From contig JALDZS010000162.1 in the NCBI GenBank assembly GCA_022813965.1, positions 1-53,721 of the forward strand: a stretch of 53,721 nucleotides of DNA, read 5' to 3'. The translations under genes were made by a program, and so were the position numbers. Under the pieces are notes generated by a model that worked only from the letters and a program-made list of their open reading frames with translations, was not told the origin of the DNA and did not search any database. Positions 24,234 to 37,327 of this stretch are shown in pieces (the first letter of the stretch is position 1; each line of letters begins with the position of its first letter). Origin of the DNA: Toensbergia leucococca. Lineage: Eukaryota.

Positions 24234-26068
24234 CTACAGTCCACTCCTCCTAGGTTTCACCTTCGCTTTGTTCGCAGGGATCTCCGCAAATGCATCGTTC
24301 CACGGCGCCTGCGACCGCAGCTGTGGCGCCTTAGTACGCAATGCCGCCGGGCCCTTTTGAGTCGGGAGAGCGCCGAGAGCGAGTGTTCGGGGACGTGCGA
24401 GTAGGCGACCGAGTTGTTGGGCGGGTGGGGAAGAGGGAGTGCTTGTGGTGGGAGAGGGAGAGGCGCTTGAGGAGGGAGAGGGTTTGGGGCGTGGGGAGCG
24501 GATGTCTTTGGGAAGCTGTTTGGGATCGATTTCGGTGTATTCCGGTGGGTCTGGACATCCGAACTTGCTGGCGATCATCTTTTGCATGGTTTCGGGGTCG
24601 ATTCGCCGGGCACTCCCGGGTTCGGAGTTGCTCGAGTTGTCGGTGGTGTATTTCATGGGGTTAAGTTTGCGGTGGGAGGCGATTTCCGAGGCGTCGTAGC
24701 TAGGGGAGGGCTCGTTAAGACCCTCTTCTGCTGGGTCCCGATGAGGGTTGTCTCCCTCACTCAGGGCTATGGCTCGAGCGAGATTTTCGACGATGAACTC
24801 GTCGCTGTGTTGGGCCGTGTCTATTTCCTGCGCTCGTCGGCTTTCTTCTAGGGCCGCCCTCATGAATTCATCGTCTTCGTCCGCGTCCGATGCTGGGATT
24901 GCTGTCGATGTGCTTGAGAAAGTCCCAGGTCGAGAAGATCGGGTTCGGTCTGTGGAGCTACGCGATCTCGATGATGAGGGAGATTCGAAAGACTCTAGTA
25001 CTGGTGGCATTGATGGGCGGTGGCTGTCGCGTCGAGGTCGCTGGGAACTTGAAGCGCGCCTGCTGGATGATCGTCCAGCATGATCAAACGATTGGTGCGG
25101 AGATCGAGGCTGGATATCAAGTGGGGAGCTGACAAGAGGGCTACCACTCAAGGGAGAGCTCGTTGATACTGCATGGGGGCTTCTGTAGGATGGCGGCCTC
25201 CCTTGCGGTACATTATCTGTGGATATGGGGGTCACCTGAGGCCTACTTTGCCTCAGTGGTCTAGTCGCGGAATTGGAAGCTGAAGGTCGAGATGTTCTGG
25301 AAGAATCAGCACCATCACTGCTTCCTAGACTAGCCAGCACACGGTCAACCTGGGCCTGATCCTCGGCTTTGAGGCGTTCAACATCTGCTAAGCTCTCTTG
25401 TAAGGCCCGCTCAAATTCAGCATCGGCCGCGGCCGCTTCCTCACGCTGAGACTCCCGACGTCTTGCAGAGACTTGGTCAGCTAGTCTTCTGCTCTCGGCC
25501 CTGCTATTAGATTCTTGTAAAGCGAGCTCTTCATCTTGACGGGTTCGCTGCCTTTCTCGTGCTTCATGTTCTTCTTGACTTTGCCTCATGATTTTTTTAA
25601 TTCTTCGTCGTCGTCCGAGTCGGCGGTTGAAGTTGGCCTGTGGCTTTCTTGCATACTGGCTTCGAAGGCTCGCCGGAGTAACTCGTCTTCGTCAGAATCC
25701 GCTTGGTGAGCGGGATTCCTCTGTCTCTCCCGCATACTGGCTTCTACTGCCTGGCGGAGGATGTCATCTTCAACTGCTGGCGTAGAGTCGTCTTCTGGGG
25801 AGGCTGCTCTCTGCTTTCGAGGCTTTCCCGATTTCCTAGATTGACGTCGTCTGTCTCTTGAATCATCTTCATCAGATGTGCCTGGGACACCATCATCATG
25901 AGCTTGGCCTGAATCACTTCGAAGGCGAGAACTCGCATTGCTGTCTTGTCGCAGAAGATTCCGACGTCGCCGGGGCGGAGCTGCTTCAGGATTCCGGCCT
26001 TCTTCGTCTTCAGATTCCTCTTCATGGCGAGGTGTTGTGGATCGACGAGAAGACTGTCGACTCGGCAT
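24234..26068 (-). CDS. Disordered protein with an array of ubiquitin-interacting motifs, split by a -1 frameshift at 25592-25598 (possible pseudogene or assembly error)
   Basis: UIM-like helices EDDILRQAVEASMRE, DEDELLRRAFEASMQE, DAEFERALQESLAD, DDEFMRAALEESRR, ENLARAIALSEGD. ORFs 26068-25586 and 25589-24234 overlap at ATGA. Confidence 0.65.
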
Positions 26069-26338
26069 GTGAACTTAAAGAAGCAAATCTCTAGAAAAAC
26101 GAGAATCTCCTTGTTAGATCTTTGAAATGGACAACGAACCGAGAGGTATGTTTAAAAATGCAGATTAAGAACACTAAAGTACCAAGGTTGACGGATTAGG
26201 GACATGGCCAAGACAGCAGAGGATGGGAGATTTTATGTAGCAGCATATTCACAAAGACGCGAGACTCAGAGCATCACTTCTTCAATCCTATTCATTATGT
26301 GACTCGCGTCTAAAATCACCAGGATACTTCTGCTAACG

Positions 26339-27778
26339 TCACTTCTTCAATGAGCTTGGAGGAGCTTTGAGTCCACCGAATACCAAGGCACAGACCCCTA
26401 GCATTCCTGCACCGCCGACGGCGTATGCTACATCGCGACCAGCCCACCAGTACAGGGTGCAGAACAGCAATGGTCCACATGATCTACCAGCCTGACCTAT
26501 TGTGTCGTCAGTCTGCGACTTGTTAACGAAACATACACATGCTAGTAATAGCTTACCCCAGCTGCGATGGTTACCCAATTTGCCTCCTCTCTCGCCCTCT
26601 GCGGCTTCAAAGCTGCTAAGGCTATTTAATCCCGTCACCACTGTTGCTGTTGTGACTGCTAGAAGGCTGGCAGCGCCGTAGAGGCCGGCTTCCGTCGTTA
26701 GACGACCGAGGAGAAAGAAACTTGCGGCACATGATACCACCCCAAGCTGTACCACACGCAAGGGATGTAGCCGTCTTGTAACAGAACCCTGCAATGTTGA
26801 AGCAATAAGGCCGATAAAGCCTAAAAGCTTGCCAGACTGAGATGATTTGTAGGCAAAAAGGTCATAGGTCATGAAAGGGAAGGAAAATTCCATGCCGCTA
26901 AAAAATAGGACGAAGATAAAATGCGTGAAATTCAGGAGTAGATGAGAATTAGTACGAGAAGTTCTGAATAGCAATGTTGATTCTCCCTTCGAAGTGGAAC
27001 TTTTGTCAGATGCTCTAGCTCGTGATGACGGCAATGTCTCTGGTAAGTATAAATATAAGTAGAAGGTCTCAACTAATATAAGGAACAGAGAGAATCCAGC
27101 CGCTGTTGCGAAAGGGTTAGAGGCCACAGTCTCGATGCTTGCCAAAGCGGCGCCAAGCGCAGGTCCAAAAGTGAAGGCAATGGAGAAACATGCGCCTACA
27201 AGAGCCATGGTAGCTCCTCTCTGTTTGTCATCACTGATATCTGCTGCCATTGCGGTGGCTAATTGCACATTGCCTTCACTCAAGCCTCCAACGACCCTGC
27301 TTGCGAGGAAAGTGCGAAAATCAGTTGCGGCCACCCACAGAGCTACTGATGCAATATTGCCAGCCATTGACCATAGGAGCGCTGTTCTCCTCCCATATTT
27401 GTCTGACAAGGTTCCGATGATTGGAGATGCAATGGCTTGAAGGAAGGAGAATAAAGAACCAAGGGCTCCACCAAGAAGGACTATATCATAACGATCGCTA
27501 ATGGGACGAGAGAAGGAGTTTTTGTATGCATTAAGGCCGATGAAGATGCGACTAAGGGGGGAGTCGGGCGAGTTTCGAGGATCTTCAAGGTGGAGATAGA
27601 ACTCGATGAGTTTTGGGAACAGCGGTAGGATGAAAGTAAATGATATCTGGATGTGAGACATTACTACAGGAGTCTATCAGTGAGGTGTAGCTCGACGTAC
27701 CAAGTCCAACAATAGAGATATGAAGATGACCTTCAGGACCTGCTTCCTTTCTGCAGTGGGTATCGGCGCAGCGGACAT
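26339..27778 (-). CDS. MFS transporter, DHA1/MFSD10 (tetracycline-transporter-like) family
   Basis: Exon 1 MSAAPIPTAERKQVLKVIFISLLLDL (27778-27701), exon 2 from 27646, last intron ~26555-26499. MFS motif A GTLSDKYGRR; RVVGGLSEGNVQ; FTFGPALG. Confidence 0.9.
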
Positions 27779-29907
27779 GACGTAGGATATAGTTGAACGA
27801 GTGTAAGTTGACAGGTAAAATAATTGCAAGACAAGCAACGACTAGATACCTGGTCGGACGGAAAGGAGCCACATAAGAAAGAGTACAAACACATCATCTC
27901 GTCATTTTCCACGCTTAACCGCTTTGAATCATTCCAATAATTCGGCAACATGAGGTGGGAGGGTGGCTGCGATGACCTGCAGTAGCGGCAAGGCTAAAGC
28001 GACATCCAGAGAGCCTCATCGGTTGCCGCATTGCGGAGTACCTAGGTAGGTGGTAGGTATCTTTCCGACTTAATGGAATTCATAGGTGGGTACCTACATG
28101 ATATTCGCTTGACCAACCATGTCATATGAAGCATGTATTCACATGCGTCGGACAAACCAAGAGCAAGATAAACAGCGTTGTAGACCTTCCAGCTTTGGAA
28201 TATCATCATCTATTTGTACAGGCCTGCTAGGATACCTTAGTTACGTGCGATTCATCTACCAAAAGAGGCATACGTAGTTTATCAATACAAAGCACTCGAG
28301 GACTTCGTACCAAGATTGTCATCCGTATGGACATGATCAACATGCGGTCAAAATACGCCAAGAAGAATATGTCCTTGGGATTGCCTAGAGTTGAGTAGCT
28401 TATTATTAACACAAGGAAGACTCGAATGCCATATGGTCCAATCCATGCCACAATAAAGCTGTGCACACTTGCAGAAAGATGGGCAATACTCTTTAAAAGA
28501 ATGGGATGGTCAAAGGGTGCCGAGCTGCAAGCTTGCAACACTGCTTTCAGGGTGAAGATGAGTTGTATCAGAAACGCCAATCGATCCAAGAAAATTACTC
28601 GTACACATAAGTTCGTAGGACCGACTACACATGGTAAATCTCAAAGAAGCGGCGAAACTTCACAAGGTGCAGCTCGCGGTTCATTACGCAAGTCAGCTTC
28701 GTGTCTGTTGAAGTCGGGTTGAAAGGTTCCTTGAAGCAATTTAGTACATGGTAGACTTGTTTCGGCTTGATAGCATAATCGCGAGGAGGTTTCGACAGTC
28801 ATATACTGCATTCAACAAACACGGTACGGTAGTGATATTCATAGGAGGTGCTTATGGAACAGAAGGCATGTTTTGTGATTTCAACAAGGTTGCTCTATTT
28901 GAAACACGCTTAGCAGCATGGCCGAGATTAGGTTCCGACAGGCTACTCGTGCCTCAGAGATCTTGAAAGTGTGTTTCCTTTCACTACAACAATGTTTGCA
29001 GGAAAGTTGCTTTCAACATGACAGCTAATAGTACAGGACATTCTTTTGATCAATTCATTACACCAGCCAGATCACAGCTCCACAGTTTATGATAGTGGCG
29101 TTGGTGGCGTCTATTTTAGTTTCATCCTAGTCAGGAACCGAGGAGCCGGAAGCACCAATCTGATTAAGGCTTTAGCCGCACGCCTCATTCGGCCCATCCT
29201 TTCATTACCTTATTTACCCCTGCCCCTTGAATGTGAGCCAGACTTCTGAAGCAACAGTGAAGTCGAGCCCCTGAGCTTGACAAGAAAGCAAAGAATCACC
29301 TTGCTTTGTCCACTTGATGAGTTCAAGCTTGCAAAGTCTGGCCCATCCATTGTCTCTGAACAAGGGACTCTGTAGCATGCATACCTTTGTACTCCGTAAA
29401 TTGCCCTTTAGGTGTGCGTCATGAGGTGGTTACAGACAGTTGAATCCCCGCATTTACTGTTTAGCTTGTCCTAAATCCTGGTCCTCACACTCGTCCTCTC
29501 CCCCTGTAATATCCCGCGTGCCGATATTGCATCTTCGAATTGGCATTCACTTACGTGGGTACCTTCGGTCAGCGATTCACTTTCTTCTAGATCCGTCTCT
29601 ACCTTTTCTGTTCTCTTTTCTTCAAGCCACACTTCTTCGTCGTTACATCTTCTTTAAACACCTTCCTTCAGCGTACGTACTCTTTCACTCTTTCAAGTGT
29701 ACATCGCCAGTCTCTCCTTCATCCACTGTTCACGCCAGTCGAAACAGTCCTTCATTTATCTGTTTCAACCCATTCTTTTACATACCAATCCACTTGCTGC
29801 ATATCCTGTCCCTGTGGAAGCACAAGAATCCTCCATTGACCTTGACACCCTCGGTGATCTGTGATCCCGTCATACTTCTATTCTTCGTCAATATTCAATC
29901 ATTCAAC

Positions 29908-31125
29908 ATGCGTTCTACAACTTTTGTCTCTGCCCTCTTGGCTGCTGGTGCTGTTGCTGTGTTGGCCAATCCTATGCTCCATAAGCGCGACATAATTACC
30001 GATGTTGTTGTTGTCACCGTGACAGACTGGGTGACCGACGGTGTGACCGACACTGATGTTGCTCCGACCTCGACATTGTCTTCGGTGTATTCCCACCATA
30101 ACCATGAAAAGTCTTACACTTGGGAAGCAACATCCTCCAGCTCTACTTTGTCAACCGCAACAACTCCTACCACCACTGCTGCCAGCACTCAAACCTCTGT
30201 TTTCAGCTCCTATGTTGGTCCCTCTTCGTCCACTTCAACCAGTGTCACCGCAGATGCCGAGACTGCAACTTCTTCGATCGTACCAACCTTAACCACCGCA
30301 GCTTCTGTCTCCGTGTCATCGTCGTCTGCAACGGCGTCATCGACTTCAACTTCATCTGAAGCCGCTTCTGGTTCCTATAGTGATCTCCCAACAACAGTAG
30401 TGCCTAATCTGGACCCTGCCAGCACCATATACTCTGGTCTTGTTCTTCTGCACCATAACAAGCATCGTGCCAACCACTCAGCTAGCGATCTTACTTGGAA
30501 CCAGACCCTTGCAGGCTACGCCCAAACTGTTGCAGAGTCATGCGTCTATGCACATAGCATGTGAGTATAGATGAGCCTTCCCTATGGTGGTGCGGTACAA
30601 GAGACTGACATGTTCTAGCACCCCTGGAGGAGGCGGTTACGGCCAGAACATTGCCGCAGGACTTCCGGTCGGTAACATCTCAGCCGTCATCACTGAACAA
30701 TTCTACAATGACGAGATGATGGTGTACCCCAAATACGATGTGGCATCTCCTGATATGTCCAACTTCGACACGGCTCCTGGCTGGGGTCATTTCTCTCAAC
30801 TTGTTTGGCAAGGAACTCAATCTGTTGGGTGTTACACCCAGGTTTGCAGTACTCAGAGTCCTTTGACCAAGTGCAAGCCTGATGGGTCATCCTACTTGAC
30901 CGGAGTCTCTTGCACTCCCGATGGTAGCGATGGCACTCCCGCAATCTTCCATGTGTGTAATTATTATCCTCCAGGTAAGTCTTGAGTTGAATCATGTCTT
31001 GGATGACGAGAAATGTGGGACTAACAGTCGTTTCAGGGAATTATGCCGACGATTACACTCAAGTCGGTGCTCCCTTGGGTCAAGGACGTGTCGTCGTCAC
31101 CGAAGATGGGACCATCGGTCTTTAG
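29908..31125 (+). CDS. Secreted CAP/SCP (PR-1/Pry1-like) protein with Ser/Thr-rich linker
   Basis: Signal peptide MRSTTFVSALLAAGAVAVLA, KR site, S/T-rich region, HNKHRANH, GYGQNIAAG, WGHFSQLVW..TQSVGC, CNYYPPGNY. Introns 30561-30618 and 30975-31036. Confidence 0.92.
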
Positions 31126-31776
31126 AACTACGCTATCGAGGCTTTGGCTAGCGAAGGCTACACCGGTGCTGTAAAAATATTCCATTCGAAGCATCATATT
31201 CCACAGCAGGAGAATTAGATGTCTGGTATGTCTCTTTCTCTGGTAGTCTTCGGCATATCTGGTGGATCTGCATGTGTGGGGAATCCTAGAGACATTATTG
31301 TTCAAGATTTTTCTGATGGGATCTGGCCTTGCCTCGCTCTCAAGCCCTGCGCATATATTGCCAGCCTTTGGCCTGCGGGTATGCTAGGTGAGGGAATCGG
31401 GTTCTGAGCAGATTTCTTTCAATTCTTTGTGCATTTAGACTTACAGACGAGATTCCCTCAGTCGCTTGGGCTCAAAATATTCGCTTCTTCCCCTCGCATA
31501 GAAGATTAACGCTTTACTTGTCTCAGTCAAGAGAGTCAAGTGAAAATGTACAGGTGATTATCTCGACTGTGTTTCATTATCCCTTGCTGGCTGAGAGTGA
31601 CCAAACGCTATCGTTGTTTGGCTTGTTTGACTTGCTTCCAATCTCAAACGGCCCCTCATCTCGACTCTTATCGATAGCGCTAGTCCCCTCCATAGGTTGC
31701 TCAATCGACGTGCATTTTGTAATCATCATTGATCATTATATAATTCTGGAGAAGGAAGAAGCTGAACCCGACATAT

Positions 31777-34172
31777 ATGGCTACTGTCGATGAGTGCGGA
31801 GAGAGTGACGCAGATGTATTGCGACTGGTCAATCGATTGGGCGAAAGCAAGTCTCCGTATGTGAGTCTTTTATGAGATGAGCTGGCAACGCCTGCCTCCA
31901 CGATTCACTGACATGGCCATCTTAACAGGTTCAAGGGCATAGGTTCAATCCGGTAGCATGGCAGATCTGGAGTCCCGAGACTCTGGCCCTAGCACGGCAA
32001 CATAACCGTCTTCTATTCCTGAGTATCGGTTACGCAGCGTGCCATTGTACGTCAGTGCTACTACTGTCCATGTTTGGCTGTGCTAAATTAGAAAGGGTGT
32101 CATGTAATGGAACGCGAATCATTCAGCTCCCCCGAGACTGCTCAGATCCTGAATGACTCGTTCATTCCGATCAAGATCGATCGTGAGGAACGTCCTGATA
32201 TCGATGCAATCTATATGAATTATGTTCAAGCTACGACAGGATCTGGAGGATGGCCGCTCAATGTTTTCCTAACCCCTGACCTGGAACCTGTTTTCGGTGG
32301 GACCTATTGGCCTGGAGCAAATAATTCGGCGCTGACAGTGGGTGAGACTGTTGGCTTTATAGACATTTTAGGAAAGATGAGAGATGTATGGACACGACAG
32401 GAGTGGCGGTGCCGGCAAAGTGCCAAAAATATTACGAGTCAATTGAGGGATTTTGCCGAAGAGGGGGTGCATAGTCAGACGCATCAGATGGGTGAGAAGG
32501 ATGGAGCTGAAGGGCTTGAGATTGAGTTGTTAGAGGAGGCATACCAACATTTTCAGAGAAAATACGATAAACTCAACGGAGGCTTCTCGAATGCACCCAA
32601 ATTCCCTACTCCAGTGAACCTGGGTTTCTTACTGAGCTTAGGGCATTGGCCTGACATAGTGAAAGATGTTGTCGGTGAAGAAGAATCTATAAATGCCGTT
32701 GCCATGGCTGTGAATACCTTGAGAAAAATGGCAAGAGGAGGTATCAGAGATCAAATCGGATATGGGTTTGCGAGATACTCTGTGACCAATGATTGGAGTC
32801 TCCCACACTTTGAGAAAATGCTGTACGATCAGGCACAGCTACTGGGGACCTACCTTGATGCGTTCCTTATCACCCACGACCCAGAAATGCTTGGGGCCGT
32901 TTGCGATATAGCGACATACCTCACGAGCCCACCGATGGCGGCTCCCAATGGAGGTTTCTACTCAGCTGAAGACGCTGACTCTTATCCGACATACAACGAT
33001 ACTGAGAAGCGCGAAGGAGCGTATTACGTGTGGACTTTGAAAGACCTTCGTACAGTACTTGGAGACCGCCATTCCGAGGTCTTTTCCCGATTCTACGGCA
33101 TCAGCGCTGATGGCAACGTGGCGAGAGATAACGACCCGCATGACGAATTCATTAGCCAGAACGTGCTCAGCATCAAATCCACACCCCATGCACTAGCAAA
33201 GTATCTAGGAATGGCAGAAGAAGAAATTGTCAAGATACTCAGAGACGGACGAAGAAAGCTACGAGAGTATCGGGAAAGAGAAAGACCCCGGCCAGCGCTA
33301 GATGACAAAGTGATCGTCGCTTGGAATGGACTTGCGATAGGGTCTTTGGCTCGGACGAGCACCGCCCTCGAAGACATTGATCCTGAGAAAGCAAAGGAGT
33401 GCAGAATTGCAGCAGAGAAGGCAGTAGCATTCATCAAAAAAGAGCTTTTCGATGACAAAACCGGCACTGTGTGGCGCATATACCGCCAAGGCAGGGGAGA
33501 CACGCCCGGCTTCGTGGATGATTACGCGTTTCTGATTCAAGGTCTCATCGACCTCTACGAAACCACTTTCGATGATGCTTACCTTGAATTCGCCGACACT
33601 TTGCAGAGTAAGACTTTTCATACAGAATGATCCGGACTAGCAAGTCAACTAACCTTCAGTCAGAAACTCAAAATTCTCTATTTCTTTCGCCCTCGCCTTC
33701 TGGAGGCTTCTTCTCCACCCCAGCCTCCGCCTCGGACCTGCTCCTCCGCCTCAAATCTGGTATGGACGCCGCCGAGCCCTCCCCCAACAACATCAGCGCC
33801 TCTAATCTGTATCGCCTTGCCAGTATGCTAGAGGACAATTCGTATGCACGTGTGGCAAAGGCAACTGTGCAAGCATTCGAGGCGGAGGTTGAACAACATC
33901 CGTTCTGTTTCGCGGGGCTTTTGGGGGCGGTGGTTGTGGGAAGATTAGGAATGAAAGGAGTGGTGGTGACAGGACCTGCGCGAACGGGGTTGGAGGTGGA
34001 GAAGAGGGTTAAGGGAGGAATCAGGACTGGTAGGACTGTTGTGAGGGTTGGTGGGGGTACAGGGACCTGGTTGAAAACAAGGAATGAGTTGTTGGGCCGA
34101 TTGGATTCCGAGAAGGAGGGGGTGTGGATTTGTGAAAGGGGGACTTGCAGAGAGGGAAAGGAGTTTGTTTAA
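31777..34172 (+). CDS. SPATA20/YyaL (DUF255 thioredoxin-like domain plus six-hairpin glycosidase-like domain)
   Basis: LVNRLGESKSPYV, SIGYAACHWCHVMERESF, KIDREERPDID, GGWPLNVF, HFEKMLYDQ, FYSAEDAD, DDKVIVAWNGL; three GT-AG introns. Confidence 0.93.
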
Positions 34173-34720
34173 GGTTCTCGTGGCCTCGTACGATTCGATT
34201 TGGGATAATAATATATGCAACATCGGGGCCAGATGCAAGAGCTGGCTTGGGGATAAGAAAGATGGATTTTTTGGACATTCAGTTGTCAACCGCCCATTCA
34301 TTCGCCAATGATGCTTAGGGTTCAAGGTCTCCTTTTGTGCTCGGGCGTCGCACTGAGGGTTTGCGAGCCCTGTCGCAATTCTGATATGATTATCACAATC
34401 AAATTTGACATATTCGTGACGATTGCTACCACTGAAACAACTTTTGTGGGAAGGTGCGGAAGTTGGTGGAAAGCAAATCCAAGAGCATTGACTTTGAATC
34501 ATGTGAATCAATGGGGAAACTATTAGAATGATGTCATTCTTCTTGGCAAGAAAGCCGGCACAGGAAATTGTGCAAAAGGAGGGACTTGATTGAATGTGAG
34601 AAGGTTTTGTGCTTGTGACCTGCTGTTGAAGGTAGAACAGACCTTGAGCCCTGAGCAAAATTGACAGGCAGAATTGGAAGCGGAGTAGCCGGTGGATAGG
34701 TGGGGCGACTCCTTTTCCAT

Positions 34721-36940
34721 TCATGAACTGCAACTGCACATCATGGCCCTCGCCTCCCGCGGTACGTTCCCGCAAAACCGCTCTTCCTCTTCTCTGTCAC
34801 CTCCCCACTCATCTGCAAACGGATTTAATGCCATCCGCATTACTCTGTGAAGGATTTCCCGCTCGTTGCCTTGTTCGACCCGCTTGATCACCTCGTCAAG
34901 GATCCATGACCGAGGAACGAACTGTAACTAGTCAATTCTGAACTCGTCAAAAAGCGAAAGAGATAAATTGACACACCTTCGGATTCACCTTCTTCATCTC
35001 TACTTCTCTTTCCTCATCCCGATCCACTCCCCAATCTTCAGCAACTCTTTCTCTCCATCTTCCTAACCAAGTCCCAATCCTCTCCCTCGCTCCAGTCTCC
35101 GTCTCTCCAAATCCAGTCACTCCTTCCCCGTGGAAAAAGATCCCAGCTACCTCCCCCCTCTTCTCCTTGCTATCGATATCTGCCACTTTCACCGCACTTA
35201 ACTTTCGGAAAAAGCTATGAAAGTCGAGTTCGAGTGCTTCCATCGTATCAAGCAATTCAGAGAATAATTCTTTGAAATCAGATTCTTGAGATGAAAGTAG
35301 TCCAAGTCGTGCGCGCATTAACCTCGTATATTCGGCAAGGAATACAGCTTTGTACTCCTCACTCACACGCTCGATAATGGTTTCCGCTCTTTTGACGAGT
35401 TCCGGAGCAAATCCTTCTGTCACTCCCTGGGTGGAAAACACCTCGTCGTCAACTTTTGGACCAGCACCAATAAGTTCACCTAGATTTTCGCCTAAGCGGA
35501 CGAGGTTCCACCAGATGATGCTGGGTTGATTACGATAGGAATAACGGAGCATGTGATCGTCGTGGTTAGGAGTGTAATTTGGATCAAAATTGTCGAGGAA
35601 CGCAAAAGGTCCGAAATCAAGTGAAAGTCCAAAGATGGAGGTATTATCGGTGTTCAGAACACCATTAGTGAAGGCGTAGGCTTGCCAATAGGCAACCGTA
35701 ATGGCATTCCGGCGAACTATTTCTCGATATAACCTGGTAAATCTATTTTCTTCTGCACCTAATGATCCTTGGATTGCTGTGGCCGAGACATTGCGACTGG
35801 GGTTGATGGCCGCCGAGACAAGAGGCTGGGAGGGGTCGATTTCAGATGGAAGAGACTCCCAGCCTGAAAACACATGCTCACCAATGTAGGTGGCTAGCGT
35901 GCGGATTAAGGTTCGGTCGCCTCGGGCACGCAGTATGTCAAATGTACCGACTCGGAGCCAGGATTGAGCAAAGCGAGCCACAATGGCACCTGGCTCTAAT
36001 CGTTCGCGACGTACCAGAGACTTCGGGGCGAGAGTCAAAGATAAGGCGCGGGTGCTAGGAATGTGCAGAGCATTTAACGCTGTCAGGGTGATTAGCAACA
36101 GGTGTTAGGATTTTGAGTGAGCGGGATCAGGCACTATGAACCTTCTGACACGATGAATTCACGAATACTAGAACGTAGAACAGCCTTTCCATCTGCGAAG
36201 CGTGAGTAGGGAGTTTTGCCAGCACCCTTAAGCTGAATTTCGTAGCGTGTCTCTGTCGACACATTGGTGGTCTCGAAGAGGGATATTGCCCGCTGCGAGA
36301 TTGTCAGCGAAGTTCAACAAAAAGGCCTCAAAAAAGGGGTATGTACGCCGTCACCAAGCTGGCCCGCCCAAGAGCCACTACATACTCGTCAATATGACTA
36401 TTTGGGCTCACTGACTGCATCCAGCGTACAATTGCCATCCTGAGTTCGAGCATTAATCTCTGGCATCCGGAATCGGTGCATTTGACTAGACGTACCTCCG
36501 TAGCATTGTGCCCAGGGATAAATCCCTGTTTCTGTCTCTTTGTCCCAGAAGAGTTTGTTCCCGGCAACCACATCCTTGAAATCGTCCTTTGTCTCTTCAC
36601 CTTCCTTCAGGCCTAGGTCTCTCATTGCCATTTCACTAACACCTAGCAGCTCCGGATCTTCCGTGCCTTCGGGTCGTACATAGGTGTAGATTGCACCTTT
36701 GACCATTCTAGGCCCAAGCTCCTCGTGGTGTGCCTTGAAAGACTCGACAGGCGTCATGAATTTGGGATCTGGAGGAAGAGACTTGGTGAAGGTATTTGAT
36801 TTGGGAATACTCTCTAAGGGAAGACCGGCAAAAGTATATTTTTTGCCATTGCTGGCGGACCCGTTTATCAGATGAGCAGCCATTTGGACGAGGCGTGTAT
36901 CAGGGTTTGGTAGGCGACGTGCTAGATCATGAAAGAGCAT
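34721..36940 (-). CDS. FMP40: Selenoprotein O family pseudokinase AMPylase (Cys version), probably mitochondrial
   Basis: [58 protein letters not shown]-terminal CSCSS* (stop 34721-34723). 10-nt exon 36439-36430. Start uncertain (36940 or 36883). Confidence 0.93.
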
Positions 36941-37327
36941 ATGTACCTTCGCATCGGTGCAAATGGTTAATGAGTCTGTTACTAATTGTTGTGGATAGAA
37001 AAGAATAGACGATTCTAAATTTCGACGCACATATGTAGTACGGAGTAAGAAAGACCTCACTCGCTAGAATAGACTTGCCCCTAGCCTAAAGGCCCTCGGA
37101 CCGAGCAACTGAATGACATCAACTGCTTAAAATTATCAAGGCCTTTCTCATGGGGGCTGCATTCACGTTACTAACGACCGGCCATAACCACATTTATTGC
37201 ACCGTCTACTAGCTGCCTCTCCAGCTGCAACGAAAAGCCTCAAGTCTTGAGACCATTGCATAGACCTACAATCTTCAAACCTTAGACCGTCACTGTATCG
37301 CGAAGGGCCAGGAATTCTCCGGCAAGG

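Noticed and set aside
28200..29300. Short ORFs between the MFS and CAP genes
   Set aside because: No motifs, codon bias or coherent splice structure seen; probably a long promoter region.
29440..29907. N-terminal extension of the CAP ORF
   Set aside because: TTG-started pyrimidine-rich 5' leader; the signal peptide starts at ATG 29908 in good context.
34721..34738. Selenocysteine TGA in SelO
   Set aside because: The C-terminus reads TGC AGT TGC AGT TCA TGA (CSCSS*); the Sec position is Cys and TGA is the normal stop.
33945..34775. 276-aa minus-strand ORF
   Set aside because: Off-frame overlap of the FMP40 end and 3' UTR and antisense to SPATA20; no motifs.
36345..36350. Apparent GC donor in FMP40 (GACG|GCGTAC)
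   Set aside because: The canonical GT donor two bases later (GGC|GTACAT) gives the correct QLGDG-RAIS frame.
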